In this document: positions 1 to 10,929 of the stretch, one piece after another
Layout: each line of letters opens with the position of its first letter
How positions within the stretch are numbered: position 1 is the stretch's first letter
The notes under the pieces: generated by a model
The model's input: the letters and a program-made list of their open reading frames with translations, nothing else
Databases searched by the model: none
Told to the model about the DNA's origin: nothing
NCBI RefSeq assembly: GCF_963921235.1
Contig: NC_086108.1
Location: 97,156,001 to 97,220,000 of the forward strand
Reading direction: 5' to 3'
Source: Mobula hypostoma
Taxonomy: Eukaryota
DNA: 64,000 nucleotides
Program-made: the position numbers and the translations under genes

Positions 1-223
1 ATAGGAGCAGCATTAGGGCATTCAGCCCATCACACGCTCTGCCATTTCAATATGGCTGACCCCAGATCCAACTTGTTTGGAATCAAATAACCTTGCCTGA
101 TGTCTCAGGGCAGGGTGTGTCTGCACTTGCACCACACCTTGCCACTCATTCCCTGCCACCTGACCAACACCCTTCCTGTGACACTGCACCCTCGCCACTC
201 CCAAAATCCTTTACTCCCACCAG

Positions 224-830
224 ATGTACAAACTCATTCTCTGGTCCACCACCAGCTGTGGTCTGTACATACCAGCTGTAGTGAAAAAGGCACAACAGCA
301 CCTCTTTCACCTCAGGCGGTTGAGGAAGTTTGGTATGGGCCTCCAAATCCTAAGAACTTTCTACAGGGGCACAATTGAGAGCATCCTGACTGGCTGCATC
401 ACTGCCTGGTATGGGAACTGTACCTCCCTTAATCGCAGGACTCTGCAGAGAGTGGTGCGGACAGCCCAGCGCATCTGTAGTTGTGAACTTCCCATGATTC
501 AGGACATTTATAAAGACAGGTGTGTAAAAAAGGCCTGTAAGATCATTGGGGACCCGAGTCACCCCAACCACAATCTATTCCAGCTGCTACCATCTGGGAA
601 ACGGTACCGCAGCATAAAAGCCAGGACCAACAGGCTCCGGGACAGCTTCTTCCACCAGGCCATCAGACTGATTAACTCACGCTGATTTGAGTGTACTCTA
701 TGTTACATTGACTGTTCTATTTATTATAAATTACTATGATTGCACATTACACATTTAGACAGAGACGTAAGGTAAAGATTTTTACTCAAGTATGTGAAGG
801 ATGTAAAAAATAAAGTCAATTCAATTCAAT
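224..830 (+). mobile_element. Rex1/Babar-type LINE, 3' fragment (RT C-terminus + 3'UTR)
   Basis: ORF 224-685 KKAQQHLFHLRRLRKFG...ESILTGCITAWYGNC...HPNHNLFQLLPSGKRYRSIKARTNRLRDSFFHQAIRLINS; AATAAA followed by a (TCAAT)n tail near 810-830. Confidence 0.85.
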
Positions 831-986
831 TACATTGACAAATGCAGTAGTGTGCACCCTAGTTATACACAGTATATGTGCTTAGACTTTTGCATTGTAC
901 TGTATTATAATGATATAAGTAACTCACTATTAAAAGGATTCAAGGATTTTCTCAGTGTTAGGTTGAGGTGAGAGACTATACTGTCG

Positions 987-1630
987 ATGCAGGAATCTGG
1001 AGCAACACACAAAATGCTGGAGGAAGTCATTAGGTCAGGTGGCAACTTTTGGAGAGTCAGCACTTTAGACTGAACCCCTTGATCAGTCCAGGTGATGGGT
1101 GTCGACCTAAAGATTAGTTTTATTTTTCACATATGTATTGAAACATCGAGTGAAACACATCATTTGTGTCATATCAAATCAGCGAGGATTGCGTTGGGCA
1201 GTCCGCAGCAAATGTCGCCGCACCTCTGGTCCCAACATAGCATGCTCACTACACACAGACTCTGACTGTACACCTTTGCAATGTGGGAGGAAATCCACAC
1301 GGTCATGGGGAGAATATACAAATTCCTTACAGACCGTGGTGGGAATTGAACTCTGATATGTGATCGCTAGCTGCTGTGCCACTGTGCTGAAATATCAACT
1401 CTCCATTTCCCTCCACAGATGCTGCCTGACTTGCCGAGTTCCTTGTGTACTTGTGTGTTGCTTCAAATGTTAGGTTATCTGGCCAGTGTAACTAACTGTC
1501 TTGATGAAAGGTTGCGGCCTGAAATGCCAACTGTTTAATCTTCTCCCTAGATACTGCCTGACTTGCCGAGTTCCTGCAGCATTTTGTGTGTGTTGCTCTG
1601 GATTTCCAGCGTCTGAAGAATCTCTTGTGC
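987..1630. mobile_element. Old PLE pLTR-derived fragments in both orientations, with degenerate HHR motifs, interrupted by a SINE
   Basis: gatgcaggaatctggagcaacacacaaaatgctggagg at ~987 with its inverted counterpart at ~1415-1465; tgtc-TTGATGA-aaggttgcggcct-GAAA at 1497-1524 followed by the tail sequence. Confidence 0.6.
1120..1390 (-). mobile_element. V-SINE-like element
   Basis: Reverse complement of the V-core (..tgtatattctccccatgaccgtgtgg..) shared with copies at 44666 and 58696. Confidence 0.6.
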
Positions 1631-2448
1631 TTATGGTTTACAGCTTTCTGTGTCCATCCTTTCCTTATCTAGGAACCTCCCCTGTCCTTTCAAGAATATA
1701 AAGAACTTCGTCAGATCATTGCAAAAGCATTTCCAATCATTTGCAGTTGCTATTTTAATAAAATATTTGGGGGGTGGGGTTGGTTGTGGGGCAACTGAAC
1801 GGGATCAAAATAAGCTGCAGAGAGTTGTAAACTTAGTCAGCTCTATCATGGCACCAGCCTCCGTAGTATCCAGGACATCTTCAAGGAGCAATGCCTCAAA
1901 AAGGCGGCTTTTATTATGTATTGCATTGTACTGCTGCCACAAGGACAACCAATTTCATGACATATGCCGATGATATTAAACCTGATTCTGATTCTGATTC
2001 CTGGAATACAGATCATCGGGTTACTAATCCAGTCAGCCTTCCTTCCATTAGTCTGCCTGGATCCCGTTCCATTAGTGCTTGTTCCTTTTCCTTCCTTTTT
2101 TCTGCCGCTAGGTTCTCCCTTCTGTTTTCAGGATCTTTTTGTGCCTTCTGCTTTGACATTAACATAACTGTTCCAGGAGCACTCTATCATTAAGTCAGGT
2201 ATGTGATGAGATGGGTAGTCTAATTGACTAGCCCACAAAGTCCTAAATATGCCACCAACGTCAGGTTGCAAGGTGAGTACAGTATGACTGCAAACTAAGA
2301 TACAGTAACTCCCCGAGCTTGACGGCAATTTAACAGGCAGCTGAGTAATTTTTCACGGTGCAACTGTTGTATTCCCATTGTTTTTCTGCTCAAGCTGTCT
2401 CGAGAGTAATTCACTGATGAGGGTTTGTCAACATGATGCGGCATTTAC

Positions 2449-2853
2449 GGAATCGGGATTGGGACCCAGGAGAATACTAAACTAACAACAGGAGTGAGGA
2501 ATCAGGATTGGGACCAAGGAGGATGCTAAACTAACAACCGGAGTGAGGAATCAGGATTGGGACCAAGGAGGATGCTAATCTAACAACAGGAGTGAGGAAT
2601 CAGGATTGGGACCAAGGAGGATGCTAATCTAACAACAGGAGTGAGGAATCAGGATTGGGACCAAGGAGGATGCTAAACTAACAACCGGAGTGAGGAATCA
2701 GGATTGGGACCAAGGAGGATGCTAATCTAACAACAGGAGTGAGGAATCAGAATTGGGACCAAGGAGGATGCTAAACTAACAACAGGAGTGAGGAATCAGG
2801 ATTGGGACCAAGGAGGATGCTAAACTAACCACAGGAGTGAGGAATCAGGATTG
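2449..2853. repeat. 49-bp minisatellite, 8 full units plus a partial unit; resumes at 4610-4702
   Basis: Unit ggaatcaggattgggaccaaggaggatgctaaactaacaacaggagtga starts at 2449, 2498, 2547, 2596, 2645, 2694, 2743, 2792 and 2841. Confidence 0.97.
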
Positions 2854-4609
2854 AACTGAGTTGAATTGACTTTATTTCTTACATCCTTCACATACATGAG
2901 GAGTAAAAATCTTTATGCTATGTCTCCATCTGAATGTACAATGTGCAAATTATAGTAATTTGTAATAAATAGTATGTACAGTAAGATATACAACACAACA
3001 GTCAATATAGCTTAGAAATACAATTATGTCAGCGTGAGTTAATCAGTCTGATGACCTGGTGGAAGAAGTTGTCCCAGAGCCAATTGGTCCTGGCTTTAAT
3101 GCTGTGGTACCATTTCCCAGATGGTAACAGTTGGAACAGTTTGTGGTTGGGCTGACTTGGGTCCCCATTAATCCTTCGGGCCCTTTTTACACACCTGTCT
3201 TTGTAAATGACCTGAGAATTGGGATGTTCACATCTACAGATGCGTTGGGCTGTCTGCACCACTCTCTGCAGAGTCCTGTGGTTGAAGGAAGTACAGTTTC
3301 CATACCAGGCAGTGATGCAGTCAGTCAGGATGCTCTCAATTGTCCCCCTGTAGAAAGTTCTTAGGATTTGGGGACATGCTGAACTTCTTCAACTGTCTGA
3401 GGTGAAAGAGGTTCTGTTGTGCTTTTTTCACCACACAGCCAGTATGTACAGACCAAGTGAGATCTTTGATGATGTGTATGCCAAGCTGTTCACCCTCTCA
3501 ACCCCAGATCCATTGATGTCAATAGGGGTTAGCCTGTCTCTATTGTTACGTGACCACAGTTTCGTTTACTGTGGGTGTCACTTTAAAATGCCTGGATGAG
3601 GCAGGACTATGGTGTCAGTATTACAAGGTGCGACAGACCCCTGGGACTTTCAGAGAGAGAGGAGAGAGGGAGAGAGAGAGAGTGGAAGATTTGGACTGCA
3701 AGCTGCTGGCAGGAGCTTGCTGCAGCAATGAGTAGAGTCTGATACTTTCCCATGCCCAGAGAATTGGGTTGATCAACAGGTCCCAGTGCACATTGGATGT
3801 GTGACTGTCACTTCATATAATCCATACGTGGACTTTGTTGGAGTACCCTGTGGCGACCACCTTTGTTAACCCTTACATGGTTTCGGGTATGTTATGTGGT
3901 AACCACTTGTGCTAAGGAATATTCTGTGACTGTCACCTTGTGATATTTCTACGTGGATTTTGGGACGACTTGATGGATAAGATCTTTTGCGACTGTTACT
4001 TCATTTTCCCAGCATGGAACCTATAGAATTCTTCGTGATTGCCTCCTCTCTACATTTTAATGTGGATTTACAAGTTTCTGCTCTCACTTATTCCGTGGAT
4101 TACTGGACCTTTCTAGTTTGCCATCTTAATACTTTAAGAACTGTTCCTAAGCTTGACAGTTTGGGAACCACATACACACATAACATTGTTAACTTCTGTT
4201 TATTTCATGTAATTTTTTATATTTTTGAGTAGACAATAATAAATATAGTGGTTTTAACATTAAAATCTGACTCTATTGGTGATCTATTGCTGCTGGTACG
4301 TAACACTATTCCTCCTGTAGTCCACAAGCAGTTCCTTTGTTCTTGCGACATTGAGGGAGAGGTTGTTTTCTTGACACCAGTGTGTCAGGGTGACGACTTC
4401 TTCTCTGTAGGCTGCCTCATTATTATTTGAGATAAGGCCAATCAATGTAGTATCTTCAGCAAATTTAATTAGCATATTGGAGCTGTGGGTGGTGACATAA
4501 TCATGGGTATACAGGGAGTGAAGGAGGGGGCTTAGGACACAGCCCGGAGGGGCTCCTGTGTTGAGGGTCAGAGAGGCAGAGTTGAGGGAGCCCACTCTTA
4601 CTACCTGTC
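2854..4609 (-). mobile_element. Rex1/Babar LINE (5'-truncated) inserted into the minisatellite and interrupted by a solo LTR
   Basis: ORFs 4284-4721 (LNTGAPPGCVLSPLL..KFAEDTTLIGLI, RT) and 3029-3262; tail at 2854-2870; ggattg on both sides. Confidence 0.85.
3544..4305 (+). mobile_element. Solo LTR (762 bp), probably Gypsy/Ty3-like
   Basis: TGTTACGT...ACGTAACA termini (TG..CA, 8-bp inverted repeat); 4-bp TSD CTAT (3540-3543, 4306-4309); AATAAA at 4238-4243. Confidence 0.85.
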
Positions 4610-5650
4610 GGATTGGGACCCAGGAGGATGCTAAACTAATAACAAGAGTGAGGAATCGGGATTGGGACCAAGGAGGACGGTAGATTAATAACAGGAGTGA
4701 GGCAGCATAAAATTGCCTCACATTATACGTTCATGCAAACAGATATACCTACCTTACTGAAGTCCCTGAAAGACCAATGGCTGACTACACATGTCTCTGA
4801 TTTCAATTTGCTATACTGAGCAAATCCTTTAGATGGTATTGCGATGGTGGTGGCAGGGTGTGCTCAAGGGACCTATGGAGAGGAAGAAACAGTCGAAGTT
4901 TTGGGCCCAGACCCTTCACCAGGACTGGGAAGGAAGGGGGAAGAAGCCAGAATAATAAGGTGGGGAGAGGAGGAGGGCGACAAGTACAAGCTGGCAGGTG
5001 GTAGGTGAGGCCAGGTGAGGGGGAAAGTGGGGGTTGAAGTAAGAAGCTGGGAGGTGATAGGTGGAAGAAGCAAACTGCTGAAGAAGACAGTAAGACATAG
5101 GAGCAGAATTAGGCCACTCAGTCCATTGAGATTGCTCTGCCATTCTTTCATGGCTAATTTATTATCCCTCTCAAACCCATTCCTCTACCTTCTCCCCATA
5201 AACTTTGATGCCCTGACCAACTAAGAACCCCTAAACCTCCGCTTTAAATCTACTCAATGACTTGCCCTCTATAGCTGTCTGTGGCAATTAATTCCACAGA
5301 TTCGCTACCGTCTGGCTAAAGAAATTCCTTCTCATCTCTGTTCTAATTGGACATCCCTCTATTCTGAGGCTGTGCCCTCTGGTCCTACTACAGGGAACAT
5401 CTTCTCCACGTCCACTCTGTCTAGGCCTTTCAATATTTGATGGGTTTCTATGAGAATCCCCCCCACTATTTTTCTAAACTCCTTCGAGTACAGGCCCAAC
5501 GCCATCAAATGGTCCTTATATGTTAGCCCATTCATTCCCAAAATCATTCTCGTGAACCTCCTCTGGGCCATCTCTAATGCCATTACATATTTTCTTAAAT
5601 ACGGGGCCCAAAACTGCACACAATACTGCAAGTGTGGTCTGACCAATGCC

Positions 5651-7680
5651 ATACTGAAGAAATAACAAGCAGGATAGACAAAGGAGAATCAGTTGATGCT
5701 TTGTACTTGTATTATCAGAAGGCCTTTAACAAGGTGCCACACATGAGGCTGCTTAACAAGCTACGAGACCATGGCATTACAGGAAAGATTCTAGCAGGGG
5801 TAAAGTAGTGGCTGATTGAAAGGAGGCAAAGAGTGGAATAGATGGAGCCTTTTCTGGCTGGCTGCCAGTGACGAGTGGTGTTCCGTAGGGGTCTGTGTTG
5901 GAATCGATTCTTTTTATGCTACATGTCAATGATTTGGATGATGGAATTGATGGCTTTGTTGCAAAGTTTGCAGATGATGAAGATAGGTGAAGAGGGAGGT
6001 AGTTTTGAGGAAGTACAGAGGCTACAGAAGGGCTCAGACAGATTAGGAGAATGGGCATAGAAATGGTAGATGGAATACAGACTCAGGAAATGTACGGTCA
6101 TGTACTTTGGTGGAAGAAATGAAACGGCTGACTATTTTCTAAACAGAGAAAATTCGGAAATCAGAGGAGTCCTTACGCAAGATTCCCTAAAGGTTAATTT
6201 GCAAGTTGAGTCTGTGGTGAGGAAGGCAAATGCGGTGTTAGCATTCATTTCAAGAGAACTACAAAATAAAAGTAAGGATGTAATGTTGAGAATTTATAAA
6301 GCACTGGTGAGGCCTCACTTGGAGTATTGTGAGCAGGTTTGGGTCCCTTATCTTCAAAAGGATGTGCTGAAACTGGAGAGGGTTCAAAGGAGATTCATGA
6401 AAATGATTCCAGGATTGAATGGCTTGCATATGAGGAGAATTTGATGGCTCTGGGTCTGTATTCACTAGAATTCAGAAGACTAAAGGGTGATCTTATTGAA
6501 ACCTATTGAATGGTGAAAAGCCTTGATGTGGAGAGTCATAGTCATGGTCATACTTTATTGATCCCGGGGGAAATTGGTTTTCGTTAGTTGCATCATAAAT
6601 AATAAATAGTAATATTACCATAATAGTTAAATAGTAATATGTAAATTATGCCAGTAAATTATGAAGTAAGTCCAGGACCAGCCTATTGGCTCAGGATGTC
6701 TGACCATCCAAGGGAGGAGTTGTAAAGTTTGATGGCCACAGGCAGGAATGACTTCCTATGACACTCTGTGTTGCATCTTGGTGGAATGAGTCTCTGGCTG
6801 AATGTACTCCTGTGCCCACCCAGTACATTATGTAGTGGATGGGAGACATTGTCCAAGATGGCATGCAACTTAGACAGCATCCTCTTTTCAGACACCACCG
6901 TCAGAGAGTCCAGTTCCATCCCCACAACATCACTGGCCTTACGAATGAGTTTGTTGATTCTGTTGGTGTCTGCTACCCTCAGCCTGCTGCCCCAGCACAC
7001 AACAGCAAACATGATCGCACTGGCCACCACAGACCTCGTAGAACATCCTCAGCATCGTCTGGCAGTTGTTAAAGGACCTCAGTCTCCTCAGGAAATAGAG
7101 ACGGCTCTGACCCTTCTTGTAGACAGCCTCAGTGTTCTTAGACCAGTCCAGTTTATTGTCAATTCGTATCCCCAGGTATTTGTAATCCTCCACCATGTCC
7201 ACACTGACCCCTTGGATGGAAACAGGGGTCACCAGTACCTTAGCTCTCCTCAGGTCTACCACCAGCTCCTTAGTCTTTTTCACATTAAGCTGCAGATAAT
7301 TCTGCTCACACCATGTGACAAAGTTTCCTACCGTAGCCCTGTACTCAGCCTATGCTGGGAAAGTCTCAGACAAGAGGACACAGCCTCAGAATAGAGGGTC
7401 ATCCTTTTAGAATGGAGGTAAGGGGGAATTCCTTTAGCCATTGAGTGGTGAAACAGTGGAATTCTTTGCCACAGGCAGCTGTGGAGGCCAAGTCTTTATG
7501 TATATTAAGGCTGAGGTTGATAGATTCTTGATTGGTCATGGCACGAAGGGATATGGGGAGAAGGCCAGAGATTCTGACCGAGAGGAAAATTGGAACAGCC
7601 ATGATGAAATGGCAGAGCAGACTCGATGGGCCAAATAGCCTAATTCTGCTCCTATATCATGTGGTCTTATGGTCTTATGC
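5651..7680 (+). mobile_element. CR1 LINE fragment nested in the minus-strand CR1
   Basis: ORF 6070-6444 KALVRPHLEYCEQVWVPYLQKDVLKLERVQRRF; 3'UTR and (tatggtct)n tail near 7670. Confidence 0.85.
6533..7350 (-). mobile_element. Rex1-like LINE 3' fragment, (TATGAC)n-tailed family
   Basis: ORFs 6939-7283 (KTKELVVDLRR..YKYLG..DNKLDW) and 6683-7030; same family as 29460-30180 and 61370-61768. Confidence 0.85.
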
Positions 7681-9479
7681 TTTTATAAAGCCTCAGCATT
7701 ACATCCTTGCACTTATATTCTAGTCCTCTCCAAATGAATGCCATCATTGCATTTCCTTACAACTGACTCAACCTGCAAGTTAATTTATAGGGAATCCTGT
7801 ATAAGGACTCCCAGGTCCCTTTGCCCCTCTGATTTTTGTATTTTTCCACATTTAGAAAATAGTCTGTGCATTTTTCCTTCAACCAAAGTGCATGACCATA
7901 CATTCCCTAGACTATATTCCATCTGCCACTTCTTTGCTTGTTCTCCTAATCTGCTTCAGTCCTTCTGCAGACTTCCTTCTTCCTCCACACTACCTGACCC
8001 TCCACTTATCTTTGTATCATCAATAAATTTGGCCACAAAGCCATCAATTCCATCATCCAAATTGATGACATAATGTATAACGTGAAAAGAAGCAGTCCTA
8101 GTGCCTACCCCAGCGGAACACCACTAGTCACTGGCAGCCAACCAGAATAGGTCCCTTTTATTCTGACTCTTTGCCTCCCGCCAATCAGCTAATCTTTTAC
8201 CCATGCTAGTATCCTTCCTGTAATACCATGGGCTCTTATCTTGCTAAGCAGCAACATGTCAAAGGCCTTCCGAAAATCCAAGTAAACATCTACTGACTCT
8301 CCTTTGTTTATCCTGCCTGTTATTTTCTCAAATAATTCCAACAGATTCGTCAGGCAAGATTTCCCTTTAAGGAGACTTTGCTGATTTGGCCTACTTTATC
8401 ACGCATCTCCAAGTGCCCTGGAACCTCATCCTTAATAATGGACTCCAATATCTTCCCAAACACTGAAGTCCGGCTAACTGGCCTATAATTTCCCTTCCTT
8501 GCCTCTCTCCCATCTCAATTAGTGGAGTGATATTTGCAATTTTGCAGTCCTCTGCAACCATTCCAGAATCTCGTGATTTTTGAAAGAAAAAGGAATCTGA
8601 TAGGAGAGGACAGTGGACATGGGGGAAAGGGAAGGAGGAGGGATACCAGAGGGAGGTGATGGGCAGGTGAAGAGAAGAGAAGGGGTGAGAGGAGAACCAG
8701 AATGGGGAACGGAAAACAAGAGAAGGGGGAGGGGGAGTAATTACTGAAAGTTAGAGGAATTGATACTCATGCCATTATGTTGGAGGCTACTTATCAGAGT
8801 ATGAGATGTCACTGCTCCAAGCTGAGGGTGGCCTCACTGTGACTGTGGGGAATGCTATGGACTGACATGTCTGAAAGGGAAGTAGAATTAAAGGGGGTGG
8901 CGGACAAGTGAAGCGATTCAGGATGTCCCCTTGCTCACATTGTAGGTGAATGTTTCTGGAGTTGATAAGAGTGAGGAATCTGCTGTAGACTGCATTACTG
9001 CTTCAGTCATCTGCCTTACTCTGATGGAGTTTGTGTGATAAGGAATTGAGCAGGCTTGGCAGTCACTAAGGCCAGCCATTGCGTATTGGGCAGCGGGACG
9101 AGATAATAAGATGATATTTTCTCAGGAATTACTTGTTGACATCCATTAGCTGCATATCTCGGGTCCTTGTCAAAGCAGTGTAACGTTTGGAGGGCACACT
9201 ACATTAAGCATCAGGATAAAATCTCCATACAGTCACTAACAGGAAGCACTGGTGTAACAGGCACTGACAGAGCAGCAAATACGACTGTACTAATAAACTC
9301 TGGGACTCTGAGTTGGATTGTGTTCAGAAGGAGTTCATTCATACTGACTGCCTAGCTCCAGAAGGTGACCAACTGAATCTATGGTTGAACCTTTGGCCCT
9401 CAACCATTCACGTTTGTCGCATCAGTTCTGTAGGAATCTAATTCATAGGTACCTATGAGTCTATTGGTTCAACAGATAC

Positions 9480-10085
9480 CTTCTCCTACATCACAGGCAA
9501 AGCCCTCCCCACCATTGAGTACGTCTACATGGAGCACTGCCACAAAAAAGCTGCATCCATCACCAAGGACTCCCACCATCCACGCCAGGCCCTCCTCTTG
9601 CTACTACCATCAGGCAGGAGAAAAAGAAGTCTTAGGTCCCACACCATCAGGTTCAGGAACAGTTATTACCCTGCAACCATCAGGATCCCCAACTGGCATG
9701 GATAATTTCAATTACCACGACTCTGAACTGATTCTGCAACCTACAGACTGGCTTACTCTTTACAACACGTGCTCTCAACACATGTTGGCCGGCTGGTGGC
9801 GTAGTGGCATCAGCCCCGGACTTCGGAGCAAAGGCTCCCGAGTTCAAATCCAGCCGGCTCCCTTGCACGCTTTCCATCTGTGCTGGGTTGAGCATCGAGC
9901 TGGCAACTCCGCCTTGTAAAAATAAGAAAGCCTGCTTAAAAACCACCGTCATGACGGCGTCCCGATGACTCCACTCGGAATTAAGGGCTTTCTTCTTCTC
10001 AGTATTATTTTTGTTATCTGCAGTCCAAAATATAGTTATCATATGTATATTACTTTGATATAAAATTTTCTTTGAATTTTGACTT
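9480..10085 (+). mobile_element. Degraded Rex1/Babar 3' end
   Basis: Homology to the 54560-55715 copy (caccatcc..ctaccatcaggcagg..ttcaggaacagttattaccc) and a (ctttgaa)-like tail. Confidence 0.65.
9787..9999 (+). mobile_element. tRNA-derived SINE, CpG-rich (probably young), with (CTT)n tail
   Basis: A-box TGGCGTAGTGG and B-box GAGTTCAAATCC; gccggctgg/ccagccggc closing stem; interrupts the Rex 3'UTR. Confidence 0.75.
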
Positions 10086-10439
10086 TTACATTAGCTGGTT
10101 TCCCTTTTATGTTCCACAGAAGGTGATGACCCCTGAACCTCAATCCTTTTTATCTTTTTAAGTATCTCCTTTTGTCCCTGGGCTGCGACCGTTGCTGCCA
10201 TGATGGTCAGCAGTGAACACCAACTGCCCCATCCCCTTCCTGCCCCCACACCCCCCAAACCCCACAAGATGTCAAGATGCTGAAGGTGGATGATTGACTG
10301 GTGATGTCAGTGGGAGGTGGTTAGACTTCCTGCTGATGTTAAATGGCATTGCCTTGCAGCTCCTTCCTCACCTGTCGGCCCTACCCTGAAAATTGTCCAT
10401 GTGCAGCTGCGTGCCGCACTGAAAGCTCCACCAGCGGAG

Positions 10440-10760
10440 AGATGAAAGAGGTTGGCTTTCTTTGTCACCACATCAAAACATAGAAACATATGGTGAAATG
10501 TGTCCTTTTGAGTCAAAGACCAATACAGTCACAGGATTGTGCTGGGGGCAGCCCGTAAGTGCTGGGACGCTTCAAGCGCCAACAAAACTCATTAACCTTG
10601 TTTTAGGAATGTGGAAGAAACCAGATTATCCGGAGGAAACACATGCATTCATGGGGAGAATGTACAAATTCTTTACAGATTACAGTAGGGATCCAACCTC
10701 GATTGGTGATTGCTGGTGCTGTAAAACAATTGTGCTAACCGTGATGGTACCAAGCCACCC
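10440..10760 (-). mobile_element. V-SINE-like element
   Basis: Reverse complement of the V-core (tttgtacattctccccatgaatgcatgtgtttcctccgg). Confidence 0.6.
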
Positions 10761-10929
10761 AGATGAACACAGCATTGAACGCTCAGCAAATCCCCACTTC
10801 TGATCTCAGGATGGAAGGAGGACCATTGCTGGAGATGGTTGTACCCAGGACTCGGCACTGAGGGACTCGCTGCAATAATGTCAAATGCTGCGATGATTGG
10901 CTTCCAATTACCACAGTCATTAAAGCTAA

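Larger units (their letters stand above)
5080..8580 (-). mobile_element. CR1 LINE fragment (5080-5650 and 7681-8580)
   Basis: ORF 5359-5652 ALVRPHLQYCVQFWAPYLRK...; the RT region continues at 7681-8580. Confidence 0.85.
4873..8905 (-). mobile_element. Old PLE 3' fragment (4873-5075 and 8585-8905) split by nested CR1/CR1/Rex insertions
   Basis: Degenerate HHR at 4891-4926, purine-rich 3'UTR, and a degraded GIY-YIG C-terminus at ~8750-8900 homologous to 20731-20900. Confidence 0.7.

Noticed and set aside
2414..2450. CTGATGA followed by ggg upstream of the minisatellite
   Set aside because: No stem II or GAAA follows.
2449..2853. CRISPR-like array
   Set aside because: Units are contiguous 49-bp repeats with no unique spacers and no cas genes; the context is eukaryotic.
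6768..7394. 208-aa plus-strand ORF
   Set aside because: It is the antisense shadow of the Rex1-like RT.
9787..9862. Functional tRNA gene
   Set aside because: The anticodon and T stems do not pair properly, and it continues into a SINE body with a simple-repeat tail.
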